Below are positions 10,973 through 20,975 of a DNA stretch of 64,000 nucleotides, piece after piece (the first letter of the stretch is position 1; each line of letters starts with the position of its first letter). The notes under the pieces are model-generated. The model saw only the letters and a program-made list of their open reading frames with translations, did not search any database and had not been told where the DNA came from. The translations under genes were made by a program, and so were the position numbers. Source of the stretch: an uncultured virus (IMG/VR IMGVR_UViG_3300043443_000309) (Duplodnaviria; Heunggongvirae; Uroviricota; Caudoviricetes); IMG/VR virus record IMGVR_UViG_3300043443_000309, one strand, 5' to 3'.

Positions 10973-12082
10973 ATGGCTAGTGTTTATAAATCGTTTACTG
11001 CCAATGATGTTACTAATACAAGGACATTGCTAAATGAGTCTATCCCTGTAACTGGTTCTATCATTTCTGGTACTTACTCCGACAATAACATCAAAACATA
11101 CTCCCACGGTATGTTTACTTCGGTTTACGATTACCCATACCTATCGTCTTCCGCAAACCACATCTTTGATACTACTGTCGCTATTGGCGCACAGTCAGGA
11201 TTATACTCATCTGTAACAAACCAACAAGCCAAGAAATTAGCAATCTACAATCAGATGGCACAGGTTTTGGTAGGTTTTGACGAGACAGGCTCCGTAAGAC
11301 GCTTTGACGAAGACGGAACCCTAACAACCGGTAGCAAGATTGATGGTGGGTTTATCCTTAGCCTGTCAAGACTTCTAGTAAAGGATGAAATCAAGAAAGG
11401 AACATTCTCGCTTGAATTGGGAGTTTCCGGTACCTATAATACACCATCTGACTTTACAAAGCGCCTTGTAATTACCGATTCGGGTGCAGCTACTACCTAC
11501 CGCATCAACTCTCCAGCCGGTGAGTATGGTATTCTCTATGCCTCTAGCTCAGGAGCAACACAAGTCTTCGCCACTGCTTCACAACAAGCTGGTGGTGCAA
11601 GCGCACAACCGGTAGGTTTGATCTATTACCAAGCTGGTATCGTCGTACTAAATGCTCAATACCTTTTCTACGCAAATACTGAAGGCGGGCTTCTCACTGG
11701 CTCAGTAGTCCCAGCCGGTGTGGTTTCGGGATCCGGTGCATCGCTAACAACCATTCTGACTGCACAACCTATTGATTCTGGTTCGGCATTCTTGCGTAAT
11801 AGATTTTACAACATGTCGTTCAACAATACCACAGAGCTAAACTCAACTGTTTACTTCTGCCGCGCCAATCACAATGAGTTCAACTATAGCGCAAATCCAA
11901 CTTATCTAACAGGTAGCCAAATCCGTGTGAAGACACGCAGAACAGACCCACCAGTTGCCTACATCACATCTGTTGGCATGTACTCTGCTGACCGTGAGCT
12001 TCTAGCAGTAGCTAAGCTTTCTGAACCACTTCGCAAGGATCCAAACAACGAACTCACCCTAAGAGTCCGACTAGACTACTAA
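10973..12082 (+). CDS. Putative baseplate/tail-collar fibre-related protein
   Basis: C-terminal YITSVGMYSADRELLAVAKLSEPLRKD resembles the I.EIGLYD..G.LIAVA motif of tail-collar (DUF3751-like) domains. Confidence 0.55.
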   Translation: MASVYKSFTANDVTNTRTLLNESIPVTGSIISGTYSDNNIKTYSHGMFTSVYDYPYLSSSANHIFDTTVAIGAQSGLYSSVTNQQAKKLAIYNQMAQVLVGFDETGSVRRFDEDGTLTTGSKIDGGFILSLSRLLVKDEIKKGTFSLELGVSGTYNTPSDFTKRLVITDSGAATTYRINSPAGEYGILYASSSGATQVFATASQQAGGASAQPVGLIYYQAGIVVLNAQYLFYANTEGGLLTGSVVPAGVVSGSGASLTTILTAQPIDSGSAFLRNRFYNMSFNNTTELNSTVYFCRANHNEFNYSANPTYLTGSQIRVKTRRTDPPVAYITSVGMYSADRELLAVAKLSEPLRKDPNNELTLRVRLDY

Positions 12083-12098
12083 TAAGGGGATTGGTGTT

Positions 12099-13262
12099 GT
12101 GTATCTTTACAAGTTCAAAGAAACTGATGTATTTGTAAATCAGATCGAAGCTCAAGTAAAACAAGAGTTTTTCGTTCACAACACCAAGGTTTACTACAAC
12201 AAGAAAGGGTTACAGTCTGGTTCCTTCGCTGCAAGCGTCGTGTCACCAACTGGAACCCTTTCTCTTTTTGAAGAGAATGTCGATAGAAATACTACGACAG
12301 GTTTTATCTATCCGTTTACTGTCAAAACAGGAGAAGCGGTTGCTTTTAGAGAGATAAGCGATAGTCAATTTGCTACGGCTTATAGTCTAGGGCAAGTCAT
12401 CACAGGTACTTACCCACTCACTTCTTCGCTAAGCAGAGAGTACTTCGCTGCTAACTCTAGCCGCTCTCGTATAACTGCGCTAAAGAATACGCTAAACTAC
12501 TATAGAGTAAAATCACCATACTACGCTTTTAGTTCAAGCTATGGTGACAAATCCACTATGGCGTTAAACCTCATAAATGTTCCAAACATTTTCTACGGTT
12601 CAAAGCTTAGGAAGAATACGATTAGTCTTCAGTACTACATAACTGGTACACTAATAGGAGAACTACAAGATGTCAGAGGAAATGGTGAATTGGTTCAAGT
12701 TGGTCCTTCAGGTTCTACTGGTTCCGGCTCTGTTGCTGGTGTTGTCCTTTATGATGAAGGATTTGTGATACTCACAGGTTCGTGGGACATTGTTAGCCAA
12801 ACTTATGATTATCCTGATTCTCCCGGTGTTGCCGACCAGCCAAAGTGGATTTACTTTGGCACAGGCTTGAATGATGGAACTGCCACAAATGCAGAGCTTT
12901 CCTCAAGCTACAACATTACATTTGAAGCAACGAATTACGTTCCGACAGTAACAATGCTTTGCGCCGCTCCGCTTGGACAGTTAGACTTTAGTAATAATCC
13001 AACATACTTGCAGTACACTCAAAGACAAAACAGATCAGCATCTGTGACAGATTACAGGTTTATTGAACATACATTAGACATCAAGAATACCATTTCTGCT
13101 TCGTATGTTACACAGACAGCCAGCTTTGAAAAGCAAACGTTTATCACCAAAATCGCAATCTATGATGAAGATCAGAACATTATTGGTATTGCAAAGTTGG
13201 CAAAACCGGTTAGAAAGACATTAGACAGAGACTACACATTCAAATTGAAAATGGATTTCTAG
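12099..13262 (+). CDS. Paralogue of 10973..12082 (baseplate/tail-collar related)
   Basis: Shares N(Y/F)S.NPTY and FITKIAIYDEDQNIIGIAKLAKPVRK with the preceding ORF. Confidence 0.55.
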   Translation: MYLYKFKETDVFVNQIEAQVKQEFFVHNTKVYYNKKGLQSGSFAASVVSPTGTLSLFEENVDRNTTTGFIYPFTVKTGEAVAFREISDSQFATAYSLGQVITGTYPLTSSLSREYFAANSSRSRITALKNTLNYYRVKSPYYAFSSSYGDKSTMALNLINVPNIFYGSKLRKNTISLQYYITGTLIGELQDVRGNGELVQVGPSGSTGSGSVAGVVLYDEGFVILTGSWDIVSQTYDYPDSPGVADQPKWIYFGTGLNDGTATNAELSSSYNITFEATNYVPTVTMLCAAPLGQLDFSNNPTYLQYTQRQNRSASVTDYRFIEHTLDIKNTISASYVTQTASFEKQTFITKIAIYDEDQNIIGIAKLAKPVRKTLDRDYTFKLKMDF

Positions 13263-13795
13263 TGATTCTCGGATTAGACATTTCGACAAGTATTACAGGC
13301 TTCACGGTTATAGACGACAAAGGCTCCATAATCGTCAATGATGCTTGGGACTTCAGGAATAAGAATAAGTTTGATTGTATCTTTGATAAGGCTTCACATG
13401 TAAAGAAGCAGATCATTGAGCTATCAAAGAAATACAACATCAAAAAGGTCTACATTGAAAAGTCGTTGCAATCATTTAGCACAGGCTTTTCATCTGCCAA
13501 AACTTTGTCAACGCTATCGTCCTTCAATGGTACGGTAAGCTGGATTTGTTTTGAAGTATTTGGCCACAAACCTGAATACATCGCTGCTACCTCTGCCCGT
13601 AAGATCTGTGGTATAAAGATAGAAAAGGGCGTCAAAGCTAAAGAAGTCGTGCTAAAGCACTTGGTTGACAATGAACCTTCGTTCGTGTTATCCTTAACCA
13701 GAACGGGTTCCGTCAAGCCTGAATCATACGATAAGGCTGACTCGATCATCATTGCAAAAGCAGGCTTTTTATGCGAACAAAACAACAAATCCTAA
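13262..13795 (+). CDS. RuvC-like Holliday junction resolvase
   Basis: N-terminal ILGLDISTSITG, central YIEK, C-terminal DKADS acidic residues, as in the RuvC/RNase H fold. Confidence 0.8.
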   Translation: MILGLDISTSITGFTVIDDKGSIIVNDAWDFRNKNKFDCIFDKASHVKKQIIELSKKYNIKKVYIEKSLQSFSTGFSSAKTLSTLSSFNGTVSWICFEVFGHKPEYIAATSARKICGIKIEKGVKAKEVVLKHLVDNEPSFVLSLTRTGSVKPESYDKADSIIIAKAGFLCEQNNKS

Positions 13796-14697
13796 CAGAT
13801 GTACTCGGATCTCCTCGCCGGTCAAGCGAAGAGTACCTATACAAGTGTCCATTCTGTGAACACCACAAGCACAAGCTCAGCGTGAACTTCGATAAGAACG
13901 TTTATAAATGCTGGGTTTGTAACGCTACTGGTAAGAGTATCGGTCGGCTGGTCAGACAGTTTGGCTCATTTGACGCAAAGCAAGAATGGTCTCTGCACGA
14001 AAATGATGTTGATCTGTCCAAGTTCGAAGAGCTATTCGAAACGAAGAAGCCACAACTTGAGACCATTATCAACCTTCCCGAAGAGTTCGAATCGCTCGCC
14101 AACAGAACCCTTATAGACGGCTCTGAAAAGCCTCTCAAATACCTCTACGAGCGCGGCATAACGAGAGAAGACATCCTGAAGTGGAAGATAGGCTGGTGCC
14201 CTTCTGGACCCTATTATGACCGTATTGTCGTACCTTCGTTCAACAATGATGGATGGGTAAATTACTTTATCTCACGTTCGTTCACTGGTGCGTTCCCAAA
14301 GTATAAGAATCCACAAGCATCAAGGAACATTATCTTCAATGAGCTTTACGTTGATTGGGACAAGCCTATAACGTTGGTCGAAGGTGTATTCGATGCAATC
14401 AAAGCTGATAATGCTGTTCCATTGCTTGGATCTACACTTACAGAGAACTCCAGACTTTTTCAAGAGATTATCAAGCGTAATGCTACGGTTTATCTTGCGC
14501 TTGATGGAGATGCTAAGAAGAAAGAGATGGACATTCTAGAAATGCTTTTGGCATACGATAATCCAGTATACATGGTAGATGTTGATGGTTTCAATGATGT
14601 TGGAGAAATGACAAAGCAAGAATTCCAACTTCGTAAAAAAGAAGCCTCATTTATCGATCAATCCAACTATTTACTTACGAAAATGTTTAGTTTCTAA
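13771..14697 (+). CDS. DNA primase (Zn finger + TOPRIM)
   Basis: CPFC...CWVC zinc-binding domain, RIVVP, KYKNP, LVEGVFDAI, ALDGD and DVGE motifs. Confidence 0.9.
   Translation: MRTKQQILTDVLGSPRRSSEEYLYKCPFCEHHKHKLSVNFDKNVYKCWVCNATGKSIGRLVRQFGSFDAKQEWSLHENDVDLSKFEELFETKKPQLETIINLPEEFESLANRTLIDGSEKPLKYLYERGITREDILKWKIGWCPSGPYYDRIVVPSFNNDGWVNYFISRSFTGAFPKYKNPQASRNIIFNELYVDWDKPITLVEGVFDAIKADNAVPLLGSTLTENSRLFQEIIKRNATVYLALDGDAKKKEMDILEMLLAYDNPVYMVDVDGFNDVGEMTKQEFQLRKKEASFIDQSNYLLTKMFSF
14666..14674 (+). promoter_or_regulatory. Putative late promoter ACTATTTAC within the primase 3' end
   Basis: Consensus match, 38 nt before ATG 14712, which has an AAGGAG SD. Confidence 0.6.
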
Positions 14698-14711
14698 ACA
14701 AAGGAGAATAG

Positions 14712-15230
14712 ATGAAAATCACAAGCAAACGGATCAAAGAGCTTATGTTAGAAGAGCTAGGTCCAACCCTTGAAGAAGTTATGGGCGAAATGGGAGCACA
14801 ACAGGGTCAACCACAAGAGATTGAATTAATCAATTATCATGGCCAAGAGCTTCCACCACCTGACATGCTCGGAGACCCAGACTATGAAGGCGAAATGGCT
14901 CGTTTGGAGTTATTGAAAGCTTCTCGATACGCTTGTGATCTGACTGACATGCTCAAAGACACCGACCAACTTCCTGCTTGGATCCAATCAAAGATCACCA
15001 AAGCATCGGATTACCTAAGCACAGTAAAGCATTATCTGTCAGACAGAATTGAACTTGCAAATCGCGATACTGGTCATACTGGCTCTGCTATCGAGATTGA
15101 GTTGGAAGAAATGTCAAAAAAGCAGATTACCCATCGTGATAAGATTGCCAAAGCAGTAAAGAAATCCGGTGGTGCAGACAACCCTTACGCCGTTGCTACA
15201 GCCCAAGTGCTTAGGAAGGACAGAGGTTGA
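14712..15230 (+). CDS. Hypothetical protein with MKIT...EE leader (putative internal head protein)
   Basis: N-terminal MKITSKRIKELMLEE; contains an EGEMA...LPAWIQSKITKASDYL module; late motif upstream. Confidence 0.55.
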   Translation: MKITSKRIKELMLEELGPTLEEVMGEMGAQQGQPQEIELINYHGQELPPPDMLGDPDYEGEMARLELLKASRYACDLTDMLKDTDQLPAWIQSKITKASDYLSTVKHYLSDRIELANRDTGHTGSAIEIELEEMSKKQITHRDKIAKAVKKSGGADNPYAVATAQVLRKDRG

Positions 15231-15234
15231 GCAG

Positions 15235-15798
15235 ATGAAGCTTGATCAGTTGATCAGGGAAGAAATCGATAGATTGCTCAACGAATACGTTGTGCCTGTA
15301 AGTTATTCTCTTTCTGATTGGAAGAAGTATAGAGAGAAGTATGGTATCGAAAATGCTGATTATCACAAGAAGCATCCCAAAACACGTTGGAAAGTAGTGC
15401 ATGGTCATTCAAAGGGCGAAATAGGTAAGTCTCTACCCGGCATGTCTGACATGTCATACCAAGAGGCAACCAAAGCTCATGCTGCTATAGCTATGCGTAA
15501 AGAAACTAAGATCCTCGGTGAGCAAACACCGGATAGCTTTCTAACTGATCCAATAAAAACCTCTCCAACAACTACAACACAGCAGAAAGCAACTGTAAAA
15601 ACACAGTTTTCTAAGCCCCAGACAACTCAGACTTCAGCGGTAGAACGCGGCATTTTGATGGACATACAAGCTAGACTGACACAATTGGCTGACTCTCCAA
15701 GCGTAGATCTGCTGAAAGCTAAGCCAATCCTCCAGAGAATGCTTACTGATCTGGATAAAATGTTTAAGGACAAATTGCAAAGCCCACCAACCATGTGA
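15235..15798 (+). CDS. Hypothetical protein with MKLDQLIREE leader
   Basis: ATG 15235 follows a GAGGT SD and lies just after the upstream stop, so it is preferred over the 15169 start. Confidence 0.55.
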   Translation: MKLDQLIREEIDRLLNEYVVPVSYSLSDWKKYREKYGIENADYHKKHPKTRWKVVHGHSKGEIGKSLPGMSDMSYQEATKAHAAIAMRKETKILGEQTPDSFLTDPIKTSPTTTTQQKATVKTQFSKPQTTQTSAVERGILMDIQARLTQLADSPSVDLLKAKPILQRMLTDLDKMFKDKLQSPPTM

Positions 15799-15822
15799 TG
15801 ACACGTTTCTTACAGTTTGGGT

Positions 15823-15851
15823 TTGACTGATTTACGGCTCTGCGTTATAAT
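15823..15851 (+). promoter_or_regulatory. Sigma70-type promoter TTGACT-17-TATAAT
   Basis: Near-consensus -35/-10 with 17-bp spacer, upstream of the sbcCD-like gene. Confidence 0.85.
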
Positions 15852-15873
15852 AGAAACATAGAATGGAGTTTGT

Positions 15874-18800
15874 GTGAGCATTCGTATTGCCCACATTTCG
15901 GATACTCACATCCGAAATTATAAGTATCACTTTGAGTACAAGGCAGCTTTCCAAGATTTGTATTCAAAGCTGCGTGAACAGAAAGTAGATTACATTATCC
16001 ACTGTGGGGACATTGCTCACACAAAGACACAGCTATCTCCTGAGTATTTTGAGTTGGCAAGTGACTTTCTGAGCAATCTTGCTAACATTGCCCCAACATA
16101 CGTTATCCTTGGTAACCACGACGGCAATCTAAAGAACTCAAATCGTCAAGATGCGATTACCCCAATTGTGCAAGCTTTGATGCACTCTAACTTGCATCTT
16201 CTAAAGAACTCTGGCGAAGTAATGGTAAATGAACTACTTACGCTGAATGTTCTTTCTGTTTTTGATGAAGACAAGTGGGTAAAGCCGAGCGATCCATCAA
16301 AGATCAACGTTGCGCTTTATCACGGTGCTATTAGCGGTGTCCAGACTGACATAGGCTGGACTATGCAAGGAGGGGACCATGATCTCAGCATTTTTTCTGA
16401 TCACGATTACGCTTTGCTTGGTGACATTCACAAAACCAACCAAGTTCTAGATACAGAGGGTAGGGTTCGTTACCCAGGATCTACTATCCAACAGAACTTT
16501 GGTGAAACAAATGATAAAGGCTATTTGCTTTGGGACATTCGAAGCAAGGACGACTTTGATTGTACACACATTCAAATCCATAATCCAAGGCCATTTGTCA
16601 CGGTCAATCTTACATCCAAGGGACAGCTACCTAAGAATGTCGTAGTTCCTTCGGGTGCAAGAGTTAGACTAGCTAGCGAATTCAATCTTACCGTTCAACA
16701 AATGAACAGGGCAGTAGAACTAGCAAAGCATAAGTTTAGCCCCGAAAGCGTTACCTTCCTTTCGCGTGCTGATAACAAGCGTGGTCTAGGCTCAAACGCA
16801 ATTACAAACGTGCCAAAAGAGAACCTACGAGACCCAGCAATTCTAGAGAAGTTCATTCGGGATTATCTGAAAGACTACGAATGCACCGAAGAAGTAATTC
16901 AAAAGGTTCTTGAGCTAAACAAGAAGTATTCTGCTATTGTAGAAGAAACAGAAGAGGTTAGTCGTAACATCAATTGGCAAATCAAGTCTCTAGAATGGAA
17001 TAACCTTTTCAACTACGGCGAGAATAACAGAATTTCTTTTGAAGACTTGTCTGGTATTGTTGGTATTTTCGGCAAGAACTTCTCTGGCAAGTCCAGCATC
17101 ATTGATTCACTTTTGTTCACCATCTTCAACACAACTTCGAAGAATGAACGTAAGAACTTCAATGTCATCAATCAACAGAAGAGTTTTGCTTCTTGTGTCG
17201 CGACAATCGCTATCAACACTGACATTTATACAATCGAACGCTCGCTAACAAAGTACAAGAAGAAAGCAAAGTCTGAAGTGCTTGACGAAGCCAAGGCAGA
17301 GCTTGACTTTGTGAAAGAATGTACAGTCACCAATACTAGAGAATCAATGAATGGTGTTTCCCGAGTTGAAACCGACCACAACATTCGTCGTATCTTTGGT
17401 ACATTCGATGACTTCTTGAATACGTCCATGTCTAGCCAGCTTGATGGTCTTTCGTTTGTACGCGAAGGCAGTACAAAGCGCAAAGAGATTATTGCTAAGT
17501 TCTTAGATTTGGAAATCTTCGAAAAGAAGTTTAGACTAGCCAAAGATGATAGTTCCGATCTAAAGGGTGCGCTCCGCCGCTTGGAAGGCCGTAATTTCGA
17601 TGGTGAGATTGAAAATGCTCATGCTGAACTAACACAGAGCGAACAAGAGCTAACAGATTGTCTTAGCAAGTGTCGCACTCTTGAAGTAAAAGTACAAGAA
17701 GTAGAGAATGACATCAAGACGCTAGAAGAACAAATCAACTCCTGTTCAACCGAAGTAATTGATGGAGCAGAGCTTCGCAATCTTATCTCTAGAACCAACA
17801 TGAGCCTTCTAACAACTGAGGGACAAGTCTTGGAAAACGAGAAGTCCCTCGCAGAAAAGAAAACCTTGTTAGAGAAGATTTCAGCATTCATCGCCAACTA
17901 TGACTATCAATCTTTGATTACTCGTAAAGAGAACATCAAGCTCCTAAGAGAAGAACTCTCTGACATTGATAGAGAAGTAAGATTGGCTTCTAGCAAGGCT
18001 AGCCTACTTGAAGGTATCCCATGCGGAACTCAATTCCCAAAATGTAAGTTTATTCGTGATGCATCTGGAGCTACAACGATTATCTCCGAGTCTAAGAGTA
18101 AGATCGAACAACTAAATGATAAGCTTTCCGAATACAAACCAGATAGCATTCAAGCTGATTTGGATAAGTACAACTCGATCATTGCCCGTAGGGAAGAACT
18201 TGTAAAAGAGATCAAAGATCTAGAGTTCTACATTGAGCGTGGTAGTTTCAACCTAACCAAGCTTCAAGATGAACTAAGCTCTCTACGGCAAAAGGAAGAG
18301 GTATACGAGCAAACCAAAGAGCAAATCAAGAACGCTCAGTCTCTAATGGTAAATCTCAATAAGCTAAAGATCTCGTTGAAAGATGCAAAGCGTTCGCATT
18401 CAGAGTGTACTGATAAGCTTGTCCTTCTCCATCGCAAGATTGGATCGGCAGAACAGAAGCTAGAGATGCTAACAACACAGAAAGATGAGCTAGCCAGCCT
18501 TCGTACAGAATTCTCAGCGTATGAACTGTTTATGCGTTGTATGCATTCGAATGGTATTGCGTATGACATCATCAAGAAGCAGCTTCCAGTTGTAAATGAA
18601 GAGATTACCAAGATCCTTTCGAACCTTACAGAATTCAATGTATTTTTCGAAGAGGAAGGAGATAAACTGGACATCATGATCAAGCATGTTGACCAAGACC
18701 CAAGGCCGCTTTCAATGGCCTCTGGTGCCGAAAAGACTATGGCCGCTATGGCTATTCGTCTGGCTCTACTCCAAGTTTCCAACCTTCCAAAGTCAGACAT

Positions 18801-18990
18801 TATGATTCTCGACGAGCCGGGCACTGCACTTGACGAGAACCATCTTCAAACCTTCACACAATTACTCGATCTTTTGAAGACACAATTCAGAACCATTTTG
18901 GTTATTTCCCACCTTGATAGCTTGAAAGATGTAGTCGATACTACGATTGAAATCAGCAATAAAGACGGTTTTGCTTTCGTAAATCAATGA
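15874..18990 (+). CDS. Fused SbcD/Mre11 nuclease and SbcC/Rad50 ATPase (T4 gp47-gp46-like)
   Basis: Phosphoesterase motifs SDTH, GD, GNHD, GDIH; Walker A GKNFSGKSS; coiled coil; signature ASGAEK; Walker B ILDEP; VISH. Confidence 0.92.
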   Translation: MSIRIAHISDTHIRNYKYHFEYKAAFQDLYSKLREQKVDYIIHCGDIAHTKTQLSPEYFELASDFLSNLANIAPTYVILGNHDGNLKNSNRQDAITPIVQALMHSNLHLLKNSGEVMVNELLTLNVLSVFDEDKWVKPSDPSKINVALYHGAISGVQTDIGWTMQGGDHDLSIFSDHDYALLGDIHKTNQVLDTEGRVRYPGSTIQQNFGETNDKGYLLWDIRSKDDFDCTHIQIHNPRPFVTVNLTSKGQLPKNVVVPSGARVRLASEFNLTVQQMNRAVELAKHKFSPESVTFLSRADNKRGLGSNAITNVPKENLRDPAILEKFIRDYLKDYECTEEVIQKVLELNKKYSAIVEETEEVSRNINWQIKSLEWNNLFNYGENNRISFEDLSGIVGIFGKNFSGKSSIIDSLLFTIFNTTSKNERKNFNVINQQKSFASCVATIAINTDIYTIERSLTKYKKKAKSEVLDEAKAELDFVKECTVTNTRESMNGVSRVETDHNIRRIFGTFDDFLNTSMSSQLDGLSFVREGSTKRKEIIAKFLDLEIFEKKFRLAKDDSSDLKGALRRLEGRNFDGEIENAHAELTQSEQELTDCLSKCRTLEVKVQEVENDIKTLEEQINSCSTEVIDGAELRNLISRTNMSLLTTEGQVLENEKSLAEKKTLLEKISAFIANYDYQSLITRKENIKLLREELSDIDREVRLASSKASLLEGIPCGTQFPKCKFIRDASGATTIISESKSKIEQLNDKLSEYKPDSIQADLDKYNSIIARREELVKEIKDLEFYIERGSFNLTKLQDELSSLRQKEEVYEQTKEQIKNAQSLMVNLNKLKISLKDAKRSHSECTDKLVLLHRKIGSAEQKLEMLTTQKDELASLRTEFSAYELFMRCMHSNGIAYDIIKKQLPVVNEEITKILSNLTEFNVFFEEEGDKLDIMIKHVDQDPRPLSMASGAEKTMAAMAIRLALLQVSNLPKSDIMILDEPGTALDENHLQTFTQLLDLLKTQFRTILVISHLDSLKDVVDTTIEISNKDGFAFVNQ

Positions 18991-18998
18991 CTATTTAT
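18990..18998 (+). promoter_or_regulatory. Putative late promoter ACTATTTAT
   Basis: Consensus match followed by GAGGT SD and ATG 19015. Confidence 0.65.
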
Positions 18999-19014
18999 AC
19001 CAGAGGTGTAAACC

Positions 19015-19224
19015 ATGGTACAAAAAGCATTTATTGATTGGGGTCTGAACAAACTAGTTTCTCGAAAACTACTAGTTTGGACCACAGCAACCGTTCTAGC
19101 CGGTATCGGCTTTCTTTCAAGCTCTGATTGGGTTCTAATCAGCGGCCTTTACATAGGGACACAAAGTGTTATCGATTCTATCGTCAAGCTACGCGGCGGT
19201 CGTTCAGCTTCTGAAGAAGTTTGA
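19015..19224 (+). CDS. Small two-TM membrane protein, holin-like
   Basis: 69 aa, LVSRKLLVW followed by two hydrophobic segments and a charged C-terminus. Confidence 0.5.
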   Translation: MVQKAFIDWGLNKLVSRKLLVWTTATVLAGIGFLSSSDWVLISGLYIGTQSVIDSIVKLRGGRSASEEV

Positions 19225-19603
19225 TTTCGTCGCTTTTGTAAAGTTTGTAGCTCAGTATTGGCGTGAGATACTAATAATCGCTTTGATTGTTGGTTATTCT
19301 ATTGCATTGAAGAATCAAAAGAGTTATAGTAATGAAATGTATCAAGACTTGATCAAGATACAGGGCGAAGAAATCGACAAGCTAAATGAGGTTCACAAAG
19401 AAGAACTGAAAAAGCGAGAAGAGGCAATCGCCAAATACCAAGCCCAAGTAGATAAAATCGAGAAGGATTATCAGAAAAAGATCAAGGATCTCTCTAAGAA
19501 AAAAGACAAGAGAGTGAAAGAGATAATAAAGAAAAGAACTGATAATCCGAAAGAAGTGGCTAACATTATAACTAACACATTCGGATTTGAACATGTGGAA
19601 TAA
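19166..19603 (+). CDS. Membrane-anchored coiled-coil protein, i-spanin-like
   Basis: N-terminal TM (ILIIALIVGYSIAL) followed by a Lys/Glu coiled coil; start uncertain. Confidence 0.4.
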   Translation: MLSILSSSYAAVVQLLKKFDFVAFVKFVAQYWREILIIALIVGYSIALKNQKSYSNEMYQDLIKIQGEEIDKLNEVHKEELKKREEAIAKYQAQVDKIEKDYQKKIKDLSKKKDKRVKEIIKKRTDNPKEVANIITNTFGFEHVE

Positions 19604-20048
19604 AATCATACTAATCATTTGTCTTGCACTATTATCCGCCAACGCTTATGGCGAAGAACAAAAAGGAAAATTCGTACTCGTCCCTAAAGACGGAAGAGTA
19701 CCATTTCAAGCAACTTGCTTTGATGATCTAGCGACCGCCGTTCTGATCTCTGATAAAGAAACCAGAGAAGAACGCTATAAACTAGAGTTAGATAAGCAAG
19801 TTGCTCTCTTGAAGACTGAATGCGATAAGCGAGTAGAACTAGACAAGATTTCTACTGACGCTGAAAGAGACAGGTTGCTTGTACAACTCCAATCCAGACA
19901 AGAACAAATCGATGGTCTAAACAAGAAACTTTCGAAGATAGAGCGTATCGACATCCCCGGTATTATAACGGCTAGCCTTTTAGGTGGTATCATTATCGGT
20001 GGCGGTACAGCTATTGGCATCAACATGGCGATAAATAAACCACAATGA
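19593..20048 (+). CDS. Exported coiled-coil protein with C-terminal TM (possible spanin partner)
   Basis: Signal peptide (IILIICLALLSANAYG), coiled coil and Gly-rich C-terminal hydrophobic helix. Confidence 0.4.
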   Translation: MWNKIILIICLALLSANAYGEEQKGKFVLVPKDGRVPFQATCFDDLATAVLISDKETREERYKLELDKQVALLKTECDKRVELDKISTDAERDRLLVQLQSRQEQIDGLNKKLSKIERIDIPGIITASLLGGIIIGGGTAIGINMAINKPQ

Positions 20049-20452
20049 GCAATACCCCAAAATTAGATTGGAATGAGATCGCTAAGTACGAACAAGCGAT
20101 TGCCAAGAAGTATGGACAGGAAGCTGCCGACAACATTCGTGCATACTGGAATGACGAAAAAGAAAGCGTTTATCTAGAACAACTAAAGCTTCTAAAAGAA
20201 AGAGATCTATACAATTGGGACAAAGAGCGAAAAGTCTTTGCTGACGGTTTTTTTATAACAGAAAAACTACTTACTAGAGAAAGTTCTTTTATTGCCTGTC
20301 CTATCTGTAACAAAGCAGAGAATAATGCCAAAGACGATTTCTGTATAAAGAAATACGAATGTTGTTATACATGCTATGTTCAATGGGTTGAAGACAGGGA
20401 AGAAAGATGGAAATCTGGGTGGAGGCCCAATAAAAATGGCAACAATTCTTGA
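20045..20452 (+). CDS. Hypothetical Zn-binding protein
   Basis: CPIC...CCYTC motif. Confidence 0.55.
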   Translation: MSNTPKLDWNEIAKYEQAIAKKYGQEAADNIRAYWNDEKESVYLEQLKLLKERDLYNWDKERKVFADGFFITEKLLTRESSFIACPICNKAENNAKDDFCIKKYECCYTCYVQWVEDREERWKSGWRPNKNGNNS

Positions 20453-20975
20453 AGTAGTACAAACAATCTCCAGCATCGTTAGCGAGTTGGGGTATGACGG
20501 AGCCAAAAATAAGAAAGGCGAACCCGTCAAGATTGGTCTCAAAAGAGAAGAAGGAAATCCTCTACTCGATAAGCGAGTAATGGATGGGTTCGGCGTGCAA
20601 TTCCACGGCGATCAGCTAATCATCAAGTACCATTCAGAGATTATGCTTCAAGAAATCTATAAGGGAAATCTAGAAGCTGAAGTAGAACAAAGAATTCAAG
20701 ATGTTGCTAACTTCATCAAGAAGGAATACAGTGGATACTCAAAGGCAAAAGGCTCTTTGACACTTACACCACTCGATGAAGTAAAGGTCCGCGCCGAGAA
20801 CACTTCCCGTATTCGCTATTGGGTTACAGCCCATAGAGCATACAAGATCGGCGGCGCACAAGGCACCGATCCAGTAAAGGGCGAGAGCAGAGATTCAGTC
20901 GATGCAAAGTTCCGCTCCTTCTTAGAGCAAGGAGGCTTAGGTACTCGTCCGAAGAATGACACAAGACGAGACTGA
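20436..20975 (+). CDS. Hypothetical protein upstream of terminase
   Basis: ATG 20436 follows GGAGG; the stop overlaps the terminase ATG (TGATG). Confidence 0.55.
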   Translation: MATILEVVQTISSIVSELGYDGAKNKKGEPVKIGLKREEGNPLLDKRVMDGFGVQFHGDQLIIKYHSEIMLQEIYKGNLEAEVEQRIQDVANFIKKEYSGYSKAKGSLTLTPLDEVKVRAENTSRIRYWVTAHRAYKIGGAQGTDPVKGESRDSVDAKFRSFLEQGGLGTRPKNDTRRD

